From Candidatus Actinomarinales bacterium (GTDB taxonomy: Bacteria > Actinomycetota > Acidimicrobiia > Actinomarinales > Actinomarinaceae): 57,075 bases of DNA. Under the pieces are notes generated by a model, which worked only from the letters and a program-made list of their open reading frames with translations, made no database searches and was not told the DNA's origin. Shown here piece by piece: positions 29,930 through 39,468 of this stretch. Where the stretch lies: positions 1 to 57,075 of the forward strand of contig SGYT01000002.1 in assembly GCA_004214055.1 (NCBI GenBank), read 5' to 3'. Position 1 is the stretch's first letter. Each line of letters starts with the position of its first letter. The position numbers and the translations under genes were made by a program.

Positions 29930-30295
29930 ATGGCTAAAAAAGAAGAAGAAGTAGTAGTTGAAGAACCTACTTTAGAAGACTTAGAAGATGAAGAAGAAGA
30001 TGCCGAAGAAGTACCATCAGACACCGAAGAAGAAAAAGAAGAAATAGAAACTGAGTCATTAGAAGCACGTGTCGAAAAAGAGAAAAAAAGCGTAGAAGAT
30101 TCTGACGAAACGGAGGGCTCATTTATTTCAGTTGATGCCGCTGAAAAAAGAAATGTTAAAAAATCAGATTTAAAATTAGATGAAGTCGTTGAAGAAATAC
30201 AAGAAGATGAATTTACTTGTTCAGTTTGTTACCTAGTACTTAAAACAACACAGCTAGAAAAACCAAGAGTTAAAGTTTGTGTAGATTGTGCCTGA
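29930..30295 (+). CDS. DUF4193-family protein (acidic N-terminus, C-terminal 4-Cys ribbon)
   Basis: 121 aa. The N-terminus is a D/E-rich low-complexity segment. The C-terminus is FTCSVCYLVLKTTQL....VCVDCA, typical of the actinobacterial DUF4193. SD AAGGGG lies upstream. Confidence 0.7.
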   Translation: MAKKEEEVVVEEPTLEDLEDEEEDAEEVPSDTEEEKEEIETESLEARVEKEKKSVEDSDETEGSFISVDAAEKRNVKKSDLKLDEVVEEIQEDEFTCSVCYLVLKTTQLEKPRVKVCVDCA

Positions 30296-30737
30296 AGCTA
30301 AATTTAATGAATTAAATTATACTTTTACAATCAATGTCTCGGAACAAATATCAAAAGAGTTAAGAAATCAATTTAAAGAGACTCTATCGATAATCGATAA
30401 TAAACTTATTAGTTACTATTTCAATTTAAACATAAATAATATTATCAATTACATTTTAAAACTCAATGATTGGGAAATAGGGTACGGATTAATTGCTGAA
30501 GATGATGAATATTGGAATTTATATGAAATATTTTTACAAGAAGAATTTAGAGAGCTAGGACTTGGTACAAAATTATTTGAATATATAAAAAATGATTCAC
30601 ACAAAAGTAATAAAAAAATTAGAACTTACACATTACCAAGTGACAGAAGAGCAAAAAATTTTTATGAAAGTAACCGAATCACTGCAAGAGTTTTGATTAT
30701 GGAGGAAAAACGTGAAAACTCTCGGTACAGACCTTGA
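30288..30737 (+). CDS. GNAT-family N-acetyltransferase (putative)
   Basis: 149 aa. The acetyl-CoA motif-A-like segment is EEFRELGLGTKLFEYI. GTG start overlapping the upstream gene by 8 nt. Confidence 0.5.
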   Translation: MPEAKFNELNYTFTINVSEQISKELRNQFKETLSIIDNKLISYYFNLNINNIINYILKLNDWEIGYGLIAEDDEYWNLYEIFLQEEFRELGLGTKLFEYIKNDSHKSNKKIRTYTLPSDRRAKNFYESNRITARVLIMEEKRENSRYRP

Positions 30738-31467
30738 TGGAACATTTTACATTGATGATAAATTAATTAAAGGAGTTAAATCATCATATAATAAATTAAT
30801 TAAAAATAATTATAAAATATTATTTATTACTAATAATAGTTCTATATTACCAAATACAATTTGTTCAAAATTACAAAATTTATTGTCAACGGAGTTAGAT
30901 ATTGGAACTATCGTCACACCATTAGTTGTATTTGAAGAATATATATTAGATAGTAAAAATAACATTTACGTTTATGGATCAGAAGAATTAAAAAAATATG
31001 TAACGTCTATAAGTAGTGTAACAAAACAAATTGAAGAATCAGATTTAATTTTGATTGGAAGAAAAGAAAATATTGATAGAGAAGAAATAATAAAAATATC
31101 TAAACATGTAAATTATGGATTAAATGCAATGGCTCTTAATAAAGATTTAACATATCCAGCAACTGGTAATAAACAAATTCCTGGCAATGGTGCGGTAATA
31201 AAAATAATTGAAGACAATACAAATAAAAATATTGATTCATTTGGTAAGCCAGATTTATTATATACAGAATATTTAAAAAAATATGTACCAGAAATTTCTT
31301 ATATGATTGGTGATAGAGTTGACACTGATATTATCTTAGGTAATAATCTAGGAGCTAAAACATTTTTAGTTAACTCATCAATTGATAACTTTATGAATGT
31401 TAATCTAGCTGATTATCATTATGATAGTTTTTCAGAATGTGTATCGTTTATAGTTAAAAATTTTTAA
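30712..31467 (+). CDS. HAD-IIA family phosphatase (NagD-like)
   Basis: 251 aa with motif I DLDGTFY, motif II TNNS and motif IV GDRVDTDI. Confidence 0.8.
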   Translation: MKTLGTDLDGTFYIDDKLIKGVKSSYNKLIKNNYKILFITNNSSILPNTICSKLQNLLSTELDIGTIVTPLVVFEEYILDSKNNIYVYGSEELKKYVTSISSVTKQIEESDLILIGRKENIDREEIIKISKHVNYGLNAMALNKDLTYPATGNKQIPGNGAVIKIIEDNTNKNIDSFGKPDLLYTEYLKKYVPEISYMIGDRVDTDIILGNNLGAKTFLVNSSIDNFMNVNLADYHYDSFSECVSFIVKNF

Positions 31468-32151
31468 TATAAAAAAACCAAATATAAAACCCGATATATG
31501 AGCTTCCCAAGAAATATTACTTGTTTGTAAAGCAATCAATAATTGTGATAATAGCCAAAATATCATAAAATATTTAGCCTTTATAGTTGTAGGAAAAAAT
31601 ATTCCGAAAGGTACTAATACTAATAATCTTGCATTAGGAAATAAATATAGATACGCTCCCATTAAAGCAGAAACTATACCGGAAGCTCCGACAATAGGAT
31701 TTATATTATTTTGATTAATAATGGCATGACCTAAGACACTTAAAAAACCTGATAAAGTAAGAAATAAAATGAATCTTGTTTTACCAAGTTTATCTTCAAC
31801 GTTGTTACCAAAAATCCAAAAGCTCCATAGATTTCCAACAATATGAATAAAATTAGCATGTAGAAATAAAGAAATAAAAATACTTAATAAAATATTTTTA
31901 TCTGGAAATATAAAATAATCAGGAACTAAATTACATTTATTAAAATAGTACTGATTAGCAGCCAACGGAGAATTACTTACAACTTCACAAGGAATAGCTG
32001 AATATTTATAAAAAAAGTTAATAAGATCTATGTTATTTTTAGGTTGTATAAAGATAAAAACTAATCCAGAGAAGATAATAAAAAATCTTGATATAAAAGG
32101 TGTATTTTTAGCAGGATTTATATCAGATATTGGTATCATTTTGTACTCCAC
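31432..32151 (-). CDS. rhomboid-family intramembrane serine protease
   Basis: 239 aa with HANFIHIVGNLWSFWIFG (conserved His/Asn region), catalytic GASGIVSALMG and a downstream catalytic His. GTG start; an alternative ATG lies 12 nt downstream. Confidence 0.85.
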   Translation of the reverse strand: MEYKMIPISDINPAKNTPFISRFFIIFSGLVFIFIQPKNNIDLINFFYKYSAIPCEVVSNSPLAANQYYFNKCNLVPDYFIFPDKNILLSIFISLFLHANFIHIVGNLWSFWIFGNNVEDKLGKTRFILFLTLSGFLSVLGHAIINQNNINPIVGASGIVSALMGAYLYLFPNARLLVLVPFGIFFPTTIKAKYFMIFWLLSQLLIALQTSNISWEAHISGFIFGFFILKIFNYKRYTF

Positions 32152-32175
32152 AGAAGTTACGTATAATATATCCTA

Positions 32176-32982
32176 GTGAAGAAAATTTTATTATTAACAT
32201 CTAGAAACAATTTAAAAAATAAAAATTGTATAAAAATTACAAATTACTTAAATAAAAAAAGTATAAATTATCAACATATCGATATAAATATCGACATAGA
32301 TGAATTTAAAAATATTAAATATAATACCAACTCTTTGATACTTAGTTTTGGTGGTGACGGGACTGCACTAAAAGCTATGAAACTTGGTTGGAAGTATAAG
32401 CTAGATGTTCTTTCTTTCGGCCCTGGCAGGGTAGGATATTTAGTTAGATCATTAAATGAATTTAATAATCTAATTGATCAGTGGGTAAGAGGTAAATATA
32501 CTTTTGTAAAAAGATTTCCAATTATTCAAAATGAAGATTTAGATTTGCCATCTTTTAATGAAGTTGTAATAATTAAAAATTCTCCAACTAGATTATTAGA
32601 TTTATCAATATTGACATATGATCAAAAAGTAGATTTCAGAGCTGACGGAATTATTATTTCAACTTCATTAGGATCTACGGCATATAATTACTCTGCTGGT
32701 GGACCAATTGTTCATAATGATATAGATTCTATAATAATCACTCCAATCTCGCCGTTTACTAAATTTCCACGCTCGATTGTTGTAAGCAGGGATACTAAAT
32801 TAGATATAACTATAAAAAAAAATCAAAACTTTGCTATTCAGTTTGATGGGTCAGTTGAAGTTGAAGAGTGCATTAATAAAAATCTAACTTATAAATATGG
32901 ATTATCAAAAAAAGCTATAAAAATTATAGGAGATGATAATAATCTAAAGCTTGATAAGTTTCTTAATCAAATATTAAGATAG
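32176..32982 (+). CDS. nadK: NAD kinase
   Basis: 268 aa with GGDGT, NEVVI and GSTAYNYSAGGPIV motifs. The GTG start is preceded by TATAAT (32162-32167) at N8. Confidence 0.9.
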   Translation: MKKILLLTSRNNLKNKNCIKITNYLNKKSINYQHIDINIDIDEFKNIKYNTNSLILSFGGDGTALKAMKLGWKYKLDVLSFGPGRVGYLVRSLNEFNNLIDQWVRGKYTFVKRFPIIQNEDLDLPSFNEVVIIKNSPTRLLDLSILTYDQKVDFRADGIIISTSLGSTAYNYSAGGPIVHNDIDSIIITPISPFTKFPRSIVVSRDTKLDITIKKNQNFAIQFDGSVEVEECINKNLTYKYGLSKKAIKIIGDDNNLKLDKFLNQILR

Positions 32983-33004
32983 TCCTTCCAATATTTATAT
33001 TTCA

Positions 33005-33013
33005 TGGTAAAGT
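33005..33013 (+). promoter_or_regulatory. extended -10 element TGgTAAAGT 6 nt upstream of the pyrG GTG start
   Basis: TG at 33005-33006 and hexamer TAAAGT at 33008-33013, then TTCAAT, then GTG at 33020. No SD is present. Confidence 0.45.
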
Positions 33014-33019
33014 TTCAAT

Positions 33020-34645
33020 GTGACCAAATACATATTTGTCACCGGTGGTGTTGTCTCTGGTCTTGGTAAAGGGATTACTTCTGCATCTCTTGGAAACCTA
33101 CTCAAAGCAAGAGGATTATCTGTTATAAATCAAAAACTTGATCCATATATCAATGTAGATCCTGATACTATGAATCCTTTTCAGCATGGCGAAGTTTTTG
33201 TGACTGAAGATGGTGCAACAACTGATTTAGATTTAGGCCATTACGAAAGGTTTACCGGAGTAAATCTCAGAAAAGATGCAAATGTAACAACAGGAAGTAT
33301 TTACAGAAAAGTAATTGAAAGTGAGAGAAAAGGAGACTACCTAGGTGCTACAGTGCAGGTAATACCTCATATAACTGATGAAATAAAAAGAAGGATAAAA
33401 GGTATCTCTAATGATGTCGATATCCAGATAACAGAAATTGGCGGAACAGTGGGGGATATAGAAATACTCCCTTTTCTTGAAGCTGCTCGTCAAATTAAAA
33501 AAGAATTAGGTCAAGAAAATGTAATGTTTGTACACGTAACATTAGTTCCCTATATAGGGCCAAGTACTGAAATGAAGACAAAGCCAACTCAACACTCTGT
33601 ATCTGTTCTAAGAAGTTCAGGGATAAGCCCTGATGTTATTGTCCTAAGATCAGACAGAGAGTTAAATGATGAAATTAAAAGCAAGGTTTCATCATTTTGT
33701 GATGTTTCTTTCGAAGATGTAATTAGTGCTCCAGATTTAGATGATATTTATGAAGTACCATTAAAAATGAATAAAGAAGGATTAGACAGCTCTGTTGATA
33801 GCAGGTTAAAGTTATCCACTTCTAAACCAGATTTGGAAGAATGGAAAAATATGCTTAACTTAAAATCTGGTGTTGAAAAAACAGTAGAAATTGCAATATT
33901 AGGAAAATATTTCGGTCTTCCTGATAGCTATCTATCTGTTGTTGAATCTTTAAATCATTCATGCTTACACAATAAAGTTAAGTTAAACCTACATTGGGAA
34001 GATTCTGATAATTTTAATATAGAAGATTTAAATAAATTTGATGGTGTAGTTATTCCCGGTGGTTTTGGTTACAGAGGGATTGAAGGAAAAATATCAGCTA
34101 TTGAAATATTAAGAAAACAAAAAATTCCATTCTTAGGAATATGTCTTGGTTTACAATGTGCTGTTATTGAATTTGCAAGAAACGAGTGTGGAATTAAAGA
34201 TGCTAATTCTTCTGAATTTTCACAAAATACTACTAATTTTGTTATCGACTTACTTCCTAATCAAAATCTAGAAAAAGATGATATCGGTGCATCAATGAGG
34301 CTAGGTACATACCCATGCAAAATAAAAGAAGGGACTAAAACATCAAAAATTTACAAAGATGAAATAATTTACGAAAGACATAGACATAGATATGAAGTAA
34401 ATAATAATTATAAAGAAGAACTAGAAAATGCGGGACTAATATTCAGTGGAATGTCTCCAGATAATAATTTAATTGAAATGATTGAAGTAAAAGATCACCC
34501 GTTTTTTGTCGCATCTCAATTTCATCCAGAATTCAAATCAAGACCATGGGAGCCTGCTCCTATGTTTAACTATTTCATTCAAGCATCCGCGAATAATAAA
34601 AAAGTTAGTAAAAATGTTATTAAATCACAAAAGGTAAAAGATTAA
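33020..34645 (+). CDS. pyrG: CTP synthase
   Basis: 541 aa with N-terminal KYIFVTGGVVSGLGKGI, and a GATase domain with GICLGLQ and FHPEF. Confidence 0.97.
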   Translation: MTKYIFVTGGVVSGLGKGITSASLGNLLKARGLSVINQKLDPYINVDPDTMNPFQHGEVFVTEDGATTDLDLGHYERFTGVNLRKDANVTTGSIYRKVIESERKGDYLGATVQVIPHITDEIKRRIKGISNDVDIQITEIGGTVGDIEILPFLEAARQIKKELGQENVMFVHVTLVPYIGPSTEMKTKPTQHSVSVLRSSGISPDVIVLRSDRELNDEIKSKVSSFCDVSFEDVISAPDLDDIYEVPLKMNKEGLDSSVDSRLKLSTSKPDLEEWKNMLNLKSGVEKTVEIAILGKYFGLPDSYLSVVESLNHSCLHNKVKLNLHWEDSDNFNIEDLNKFDGVVIPGGFGYRGIEGKISAIEILRKQKIPFLGICLGLQCAVIEFARNECGIKDANSSEFSQNTTNFVIDLLPNQNLEKDDIGASMRLGTYPCKIKEGTKTSKIYKDEIIYERHRHRYEVNNNYKEELENAGLIFSGMSPDNNLIEMIEVKDHPFFVASQFHPEFKSRPWEPAPMFNYFIQASANNKKVSKNVIKSQKVKD

Positions 34646-34661
34646 TTCTAAAAATAATGAA

Positions 34662-35513
34662 TTGCTCGAAGATTATAAAAGCTATATAACATATACAAAA
34701 GGATTATCTGAGAATACAGTAAAAGGATACATATCAGATATAAATAAATTTTTAGATTTTATTAAAGAAAAAAATATCAACAATGATTTAGTTGATGATT
34801 ATTTAATAGATTTAAATAAAAAGAAATCGTCTCAAAAAACAAAACAAAGATTTATGTCGTCACTTATTCAGTATATAAATTGGTATAACGAGAAATATGC
34901 AAATAATAAAATTGATATCGACAGAGTTGACATCAAGTCGGGAGTCTACTTGCCAGATACTATTCAAATAGAAGAAATAAACAAGTTAATTGATTACTAT
35001 AATCACGATAATTTTCTTGAATCTAGAAATAAAACTTTAATAGATTTTTTATACTCCACTGCCTGTAGAGTTTCAGAAGTATGTACCGTCAAATTATCAG
35101 ATATTGATTTTGATGATGACTTTATAATAGTTACAGGAAAAGGCTCAAAACAAAGAATAATTCCACTAGGAACAGAACTTAAGTTAAATCTATTAGATTA
35201 CATAAATATTAGAAAAAAATATCTCGATAAAGATTTAAACACTTTATTTTTAACTAAAAATAAAAATTCTATGGAAAGAACATCTGTATTTAGAGTAGTT
35301 AAAAATACTGCAGTAAATGTAGGATTAAAACATTCTATTCACCCACATACACTTAGACATAGTGCAGCAACTCAAATGCTAGAAGCTGGATGTGATTTAA
35401 GAACTTTACAAGAATTTCTGGGACACTCATCAGTATCAACTACACAAATATATACTAAATTGACAAAAGAATTTATTTCAGAGGTATTTCAAGAAAGCCA
35501 TCCAAGAGCATGA
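34662..35513 (+). CDS. xerD: tyrosine recombinase XerD/XerC
   Basis: 283 aa with the catalytic signature ..ACRVSE.. HTLRHSAATQMLEAGCDLRTLQEFLGHSSVSTTQIYT. It lies in the conserved position downstream of pyrG and upstream of scpAB, so it is chromosomal Xer rather than a mobile-element integrase. TTG start. Confidence 0.85.
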   Translation: MLEDYKSYITYTKGLSENTVKGYISDINKFLDFIKEKNINNDLVDDYLIDLNKKKSSQKTKQRFMSSLIQYINWYNEKYANNKIDIDRVDIKSGVYLPDTIQIEEINKLIDYYNHDNFLESRNKTLIDFLYSTACRVSEVCTVKLSDIDFDDDFIIVTGKGSKQRIIPLGTELKLNLLDYINIRKKYLDKDLNTLFLTKNKNSMERTSVFRVVKNTAVNVGLKHSIHPHTLRHSAATQMLEAGCDLRTLQEFLGHSSVSTTQIYTKLTKEFISEVFQESHPRA

Positions 35514-35950
35514 CAAAAATAATAATAAAAATAAAAAGAACTATTAGATATATTTTTTATAGGAATTTAAATATCGACGAACAGATAAAGGTAGCTGACT
35601 ACATGGTTGACAATAACTTACTACATCTTTATTGGACAATGTCAAAAGCTGATCGCCATCACTCTTATGAGGTATTTGAAAGAACATATAAAAATTCAGA
35701 TGATAAAGAGCTTTTAATTCTATCTCTTTTACATGATATAGGAAAATCAAAAATTAATGCTGGATTATTGTTTAGGGTTTTTAGTGACCTAGGACTTATT
35801 AATAATAAAAAAAGTCATTTATATTTAAACCATGAAGTTATTGGATTACAAATTCTTGAAGAAAACAAAATAAATACAAGAATTATTAATTATTATGAAA
35901 ATAATTTATTAAAACAAAAACACACTGTATTAGACAAAACTGATTACTAA
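35510..35950 (+). CDS. HD-domain protein
   Basis: 146 aa with H..(HHSYEV) and LLHDIGK metal-binding motifs. ATGA overlap with xerD. Confidence 0.65.
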   Translation: MTKIIIKIKRTIRYIFYRNLNIDEQIKVADYMVDNNLLHLYWTMSKADRHHSYEVFERTYKNSDDKELLILSLLHDIGKSKINAGLLFRVFSDLGLINNKKSHLYLNHEVIGLQILEENKINTRIINYYENNLLKQKHTVLDKTDY

Positions 35951-36657
35951 TGGAAATAATTAAGATAATAGATAATTTAAAAGATCTTTTAATCAAATAT
36001 ACTTCTAATTCTGAAAAACTGCTCGAGGAAGACCTGAGTTTAATATTTAATAAAATAGAAAAAACTACTTTTACAGAAGATATTGATAGTTATTCTGAAT
36101 TTGTATTGTTAGGCGCTTCTTTATTTGAAATTAAAGCCAAGAGGCTACTTCCACAGGACGAAGAGGTAGATTGGCTAGATGAAGTAGAACTAATGAAGGA
36201 TAAAGACTTAGCATTTGCTAGGTTATTGCAATTTAAAGCTTTTTCTGAAGTGGGTCTAGCTTTAGCATCAAGAATTAAAACAAACGAAAATTCAGTCCCA
36301 GCATTTAAATATTATCAGACTAAAGATATGTTATTAAAACCTGATATTGAATATGAAATTAAACTAGAACAATTTAACTTTATTGCAAAAGAAGTATTTT
36401 TAAGATATAAAACTTTCAAGGGTTTTGAGCATATTGATAAAGACCTACCAGATCTGCAAACTTCTATTGATGATTTATTAAAAGAAGTTGATAAAAGGTT
36501 AACTACTTCTTTTGAAGAACTAGTGTTAGGTGTCAAAACACCAGAGGAAGCCGTTGCGTTCTTCTTAGCTTTATTAGAAACTGTTAAATGGGGTTTTATA
36601 AAAGCAGATCAGGATAATATTGATAGAGAAATAAATATTGAAAAAAACTATGAATAA
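35950..36657 (+). CDS. scpA: segregation and condensation protein A
   Basis: 235 aa. It has the ScpA-like N-terminal (LLGASLFEIKAKRLLP) and C-terminal winged-helix regions and sits upstream of scpB. Confidence 0.8.
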   Translation: MEIIKIIDNLKDLLIKYTSNSEKLLEEDLSLIFNKIEKTTFTEDIDSYSEFVLLGASLFEIKAKRLLPQDEEVDWLDEVELMKDKDLAFARLLQFKAFSEVGLALASRIKTNENSVPAFKYYQTKDMLLKPDIEYEIKLEQFNFIAKEVFLRYKTFKGFEHIDKDLPDLQTSIDDLLKEVDKRLTTSFEELVLGVKTPEEAVAFFLALLETVKWGFIKADQDNIDREINIEKNYE

Positions 36658-37174
36658 AAAAATAATTACAGCAACTTTATTAATAAGTGATGGACCAGTT
36701 GAACACGCATATTTTATTGATTTATTGAATATTTCACCTGAAAATTTAATTAATTTGTTAAGCGAGATTAATTCAGAAATGAGAAATATTGAATTAGGTT
36801 TTGAAATTAAATATGATAAAAATAAATCAGATATTAAAACAATAAGTGAAATCTCAACTTATCTTAACAACGTTAAGCCACCATCAATCTTAAAAGGGTT
36901 ATCTACACCAGCATTAGAAACTTTAGCTATTGTTGCTTACGAACAACCAGTAACTAAATTAAAAATATCTGAAATAAGAGGGGTAGAATCTGAATCTTCA
37001 ATTAAAACCCTTGAAGCGAGAGGTTTAATTGAGACTGATGGGCAGTTAGATGTCCCAGGCAATCCAATGCTATATAAAACTACAAGTTTATTTTTAGAAA
37101 AAACGAACATATCCTCTTTAGAAGATTTACCAAGTATTGGTGAATATTTCAATTCACCCAATGAAGAAGAATAA
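36638..37174 (+). CDS. scpB: segregation and condensation protein B
   Basis: 178 aa with LETLAIVAYEQPVTKLKISEIRGV and TLEARGLIE (tandem winged helices). Confidence 0.85.
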   Translation: MKKTMNKKIITATLLISDGPVEHAYFIDLLNISPENLINLLSEINSEMRNIELGFEIKYDKNKSDIKTISEISTYLNNVKPPSILKGLSTPALETLAIVAYEQPVTKLKISEIRGVESESSIKTLEARGLIETDGQLDVPGNPMLYKTTSLFLEKTNISSLEDLPSIGEYFNSPNEEE

Positions 37175-37825
37175 TTGAGAATTAATAAATTCCTAGCTCT
37201 TAATTTAAACATTTCAAGAAGAGAATCAGACAAATTGATCAAAAATAAACAGATAAAAATTAATGGTAATTTTGCTGTACTAGGTCAAAAAGTAGAAAAT
37301 AATGATGTATTGTTTTATAAGAATGAAATAATTAATCCAATATCAGTACATCAATATTATAAATTTTATAAACCAATAAATTATGTATCTTCTAGAAGAA
37401 GTCAAGGTAATTCAAAAACAATATATGATTTATTAAAAAATAAAAAATTAAAATACTCAGGAAGGCTTGATAAAGATTCAGAAGGATTGATGCTATTAAG
37501 TACAGATGGTAGTTGGCTGAATGAATATTCTCATCCAAGTAAAGGACTAACTAAAAAATATATTATTACTACAAATGTTGAAGATGTCAATCTAACAAAA
37601 TTTAAAAAAAAAATAACTGTTAATAAGGAAGATTTAAATATTCATTCAATAGAGAAAAAATCTAAATTTGAGTATTTAGTTGTATTAAAGACTGGTAAAA
37701 ATAGAGAAATAAGAAAGATATTTGAATACAATAATATAAAAATTACAAAATTAAAACGTATTTCCATAGGTAAATTCACATTAGGTAATATGAAAAAGGG
37801 AGATTTAGAAGAAATTAAAATATGA
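37175..37825 (+). CDS. rluB: pseudouridine synthase, RsuA/RluB family
   Basis: 216 aa with an S4 domain (RINKFLA..SRRESDKLI) and the catalytic motif GRLDKDSEGLMLLSTDG. TTG start. Confidence 0.85.
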   Translation: MRINKFLALNLNISRRESDKLIKNKQIKINGNFAVLGQKVENNDVLFYKNEIINPISVHQYYKFYKPINYVSSRRSQGNSKTIYDLLKNKKLKYSGRLDKDSEGLMLLSTDGSWLNEYSHPSKGLTKKYIITTNVEDVNLTKFKKKITVNKEDLNIHSIEKKSKFEYLVVLKTGKNREIRKIFEYNNIKITKLKRISIGKFTLGNMKKGDLEEIKI

Positions 37826-38436
37826 AAAAAGTTATAACTATTGACGGCCCTTCTGGTGTAGGAAAAACAACTATCGGACAAGAAATTGCATTAATGCTTA
37901 ACTATACATTTTTTTCAAGTGGAAAACTATATAGATATATTTCTAAATATTCTTATGATGAAAAAAATTATAAATATGATAAATTTAAATTATCTATAGA
38001 TATTTCAGGAAATTGCACAATAAATAACAGAAAATACAATGATGATGAACTTTATAATAAAAATATTAATTTGCACAGTTCAGAAATTGCTAAAAATTCA
38101 ACTGTAAGACAATTAGTAAAGACATCTTTACTAACTTTTTATAACAATATTCAAAATGGACTAGTTATTGAAGGTCGAGACATGGGAAGTGTAGTCTTTC
38201 CAAATGCTGAGTATAAAATTTATTTAGATGCTGATGAAAACATTAGAGGTAAAAGAAGAGAGGACCAATCTGATTCAGAAGAAACTATCGAAGAGATTAA
38301 ACAAAGAGACCATAAAGACATGCATAGAGATGAATCACCATTAATCATACCTAAAAATTCTGTAATAATAGATAACACTAATAAAACAAAAGAAGAAACA
38401 ATAGAAGAAATTATAAAGAAGTTAAAGCTTCAGTAG
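37822..38436 (+). CDS. cmk: cytidylate kinase
   Basis: 204 aa with P-loop ITIDGPSGVGKTT and GRDMGSVVFP. Confidence 0.9.
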   Translation: MKKVITIDGPSGVGKTTIGQEIALMLNYTFFSSGKLYRYISKYSYDEKNYKYDKFKLSIDISGNCTINNRKYNDDELYNKNINLHSSEIAKNSTVRQLVKTSLLTFYNNIQNGLVIEGRDMGSVVFPNAEYKIYLDADENIRGKRREDQSDSEETIEEIKQRDHKDMHRDESPLIIPKNSVIIDNTNKTKEETIEEIIKKLKLQ

Positions 38437-39442
38437 CAGTCCAACTTTTATCATTTTTAACTCCATATTGTGATTTAATATTATTTTCAGGATACATTGA
38501 AGATATAAAATTTGATAAGTTTTTAATATTTGTTCTCAGTTCGACAGGAAGTGGAAAATATTCAGTTTCATTTGTATCAATATAAAATTCTATATTTTTA
38601 GGATTTATATATTCTACAATATTTTGAACTATATGATCAGGAGCAGACGCACCTGCCGTTATAGCTATATCCTTATTTTTTAAATTTATTTTATTTACAT
38701 CATCAGTTGTTTCAACTCTGAAAGCTTCTTTACCAATATTATTTAATGAAGTAACAAGAGCATTAGTATTACTTGACGTTGATGAGCCAACTACAATTAC
38801 TGCATCAACTTTATTAGAGATATTAATTATTGCTTCTTGTCTATTTGTAGTGGCATAACATAAATCATTTTTTCTAGGCATTTTGAGATTTGGATATTTT
38901 TCTTTAGCTTTTATCATTATAGGTTCCCAATCTGACATTGCTAAAGTTGTTTGAGCTAATAAAGAAACTTTATTAGAATTTAAATCCACATTTTCAATTT
39001 CATCAACACTTTCTATTAAGTTCATTGAATCAGGAGCAACACCCATTGCACCAATAGCTTCATCGTGATTCTTATGTCCAACATATATAATCTTGTAACC
39101 ATCTTCACTAAATTTTTTTGCTTCATGGTGTACTTTTGTTACTAATGGACATACTGAATTTACGTTAGTTAAGGATATTGATTTAAATTCATTTTCAATT
39201 TTTGGTGCTGTTCCATGTGCTGACAGCATAACGATTGCATTTTCAGGTAATTCTTCAGGATTATTAACAAATTTTACGTTATTTTCTTTAAACTTTTTTA
39301 CAATCCAATCATTGTGTACAATTTCATGATAGCAATAGATAGTTTCGTCATAAATTTTTAACATCCAGGTCAGAGCTTTAATAGCCATTTCAACACCAGC
39401 ACAAAAACCTCTTGGAGTTACAACATATAGATTATTTACCAT
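38411..39442 (-). CDS. ispH: 4-hydroxy-3-methylbut-2-enyl diphosphate reductase
   Basis: 343 aa with PRGFCAGVEMAI, SAHG and the conserved Cys triad context. Its 3' end overlaps cmk by 26 nt. Confidence 0.92.
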   Translation of the reverse strand: MVNNLYVVTPRGFCAGVEMAIKALTWMLKIYDETIYCYHEIVHNDWIVKKFKENNVKFVNNPEELPENAIVMLSAHGTAPKIENEFKSISLTNVNSVCPLVTKVHHEAKKFSEDGYKIIYVGHKNHDEAIGAMGVAPDSMNLIESVDEIENVDLNSNKVSLLAQTTLAMSDWEPIMIKAKEKYPNLKMPRKNDLCYATTNRQEAIINISNKVDAVIVVGSSTSSNTNALVTSLNNIGKEAFRVETTDDVNKINLKNKDIAITAGASAPDHIVQNIVEYINPKNIEFYIDTNETEYFPLPVELRTNIKNLSNFISSMYPENNIKSQYGVKNDKSWTATEALTSL

Positions 39443-39468
39443 AAAATAAGGATAGCTATATTTAAATT
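39443..39468. promoter_or_regulatory. 26-bp divergent intergenic region carrying two back-to-back -10 boxes (ispH and der), each 6 nt from its ATG
   Basis: Plus strand: TATATT 39457-39462, then TAAATT, then ATG 39469 (der). Minus strand: TATCCT (39449-39454), then TATTTT, then ATG 39442 (ispH). Confidence 0.45.

Noticed and set aside
34662-35513. A tyrosine recombinase as a possible marker of an integrated mobile element.
   Set aside because: It sits in the conserved chromosomal pyrG-xerD-scpAB context with no flanking repeats, phage genes or cargo. It is the housekeeping Xer recombinase.
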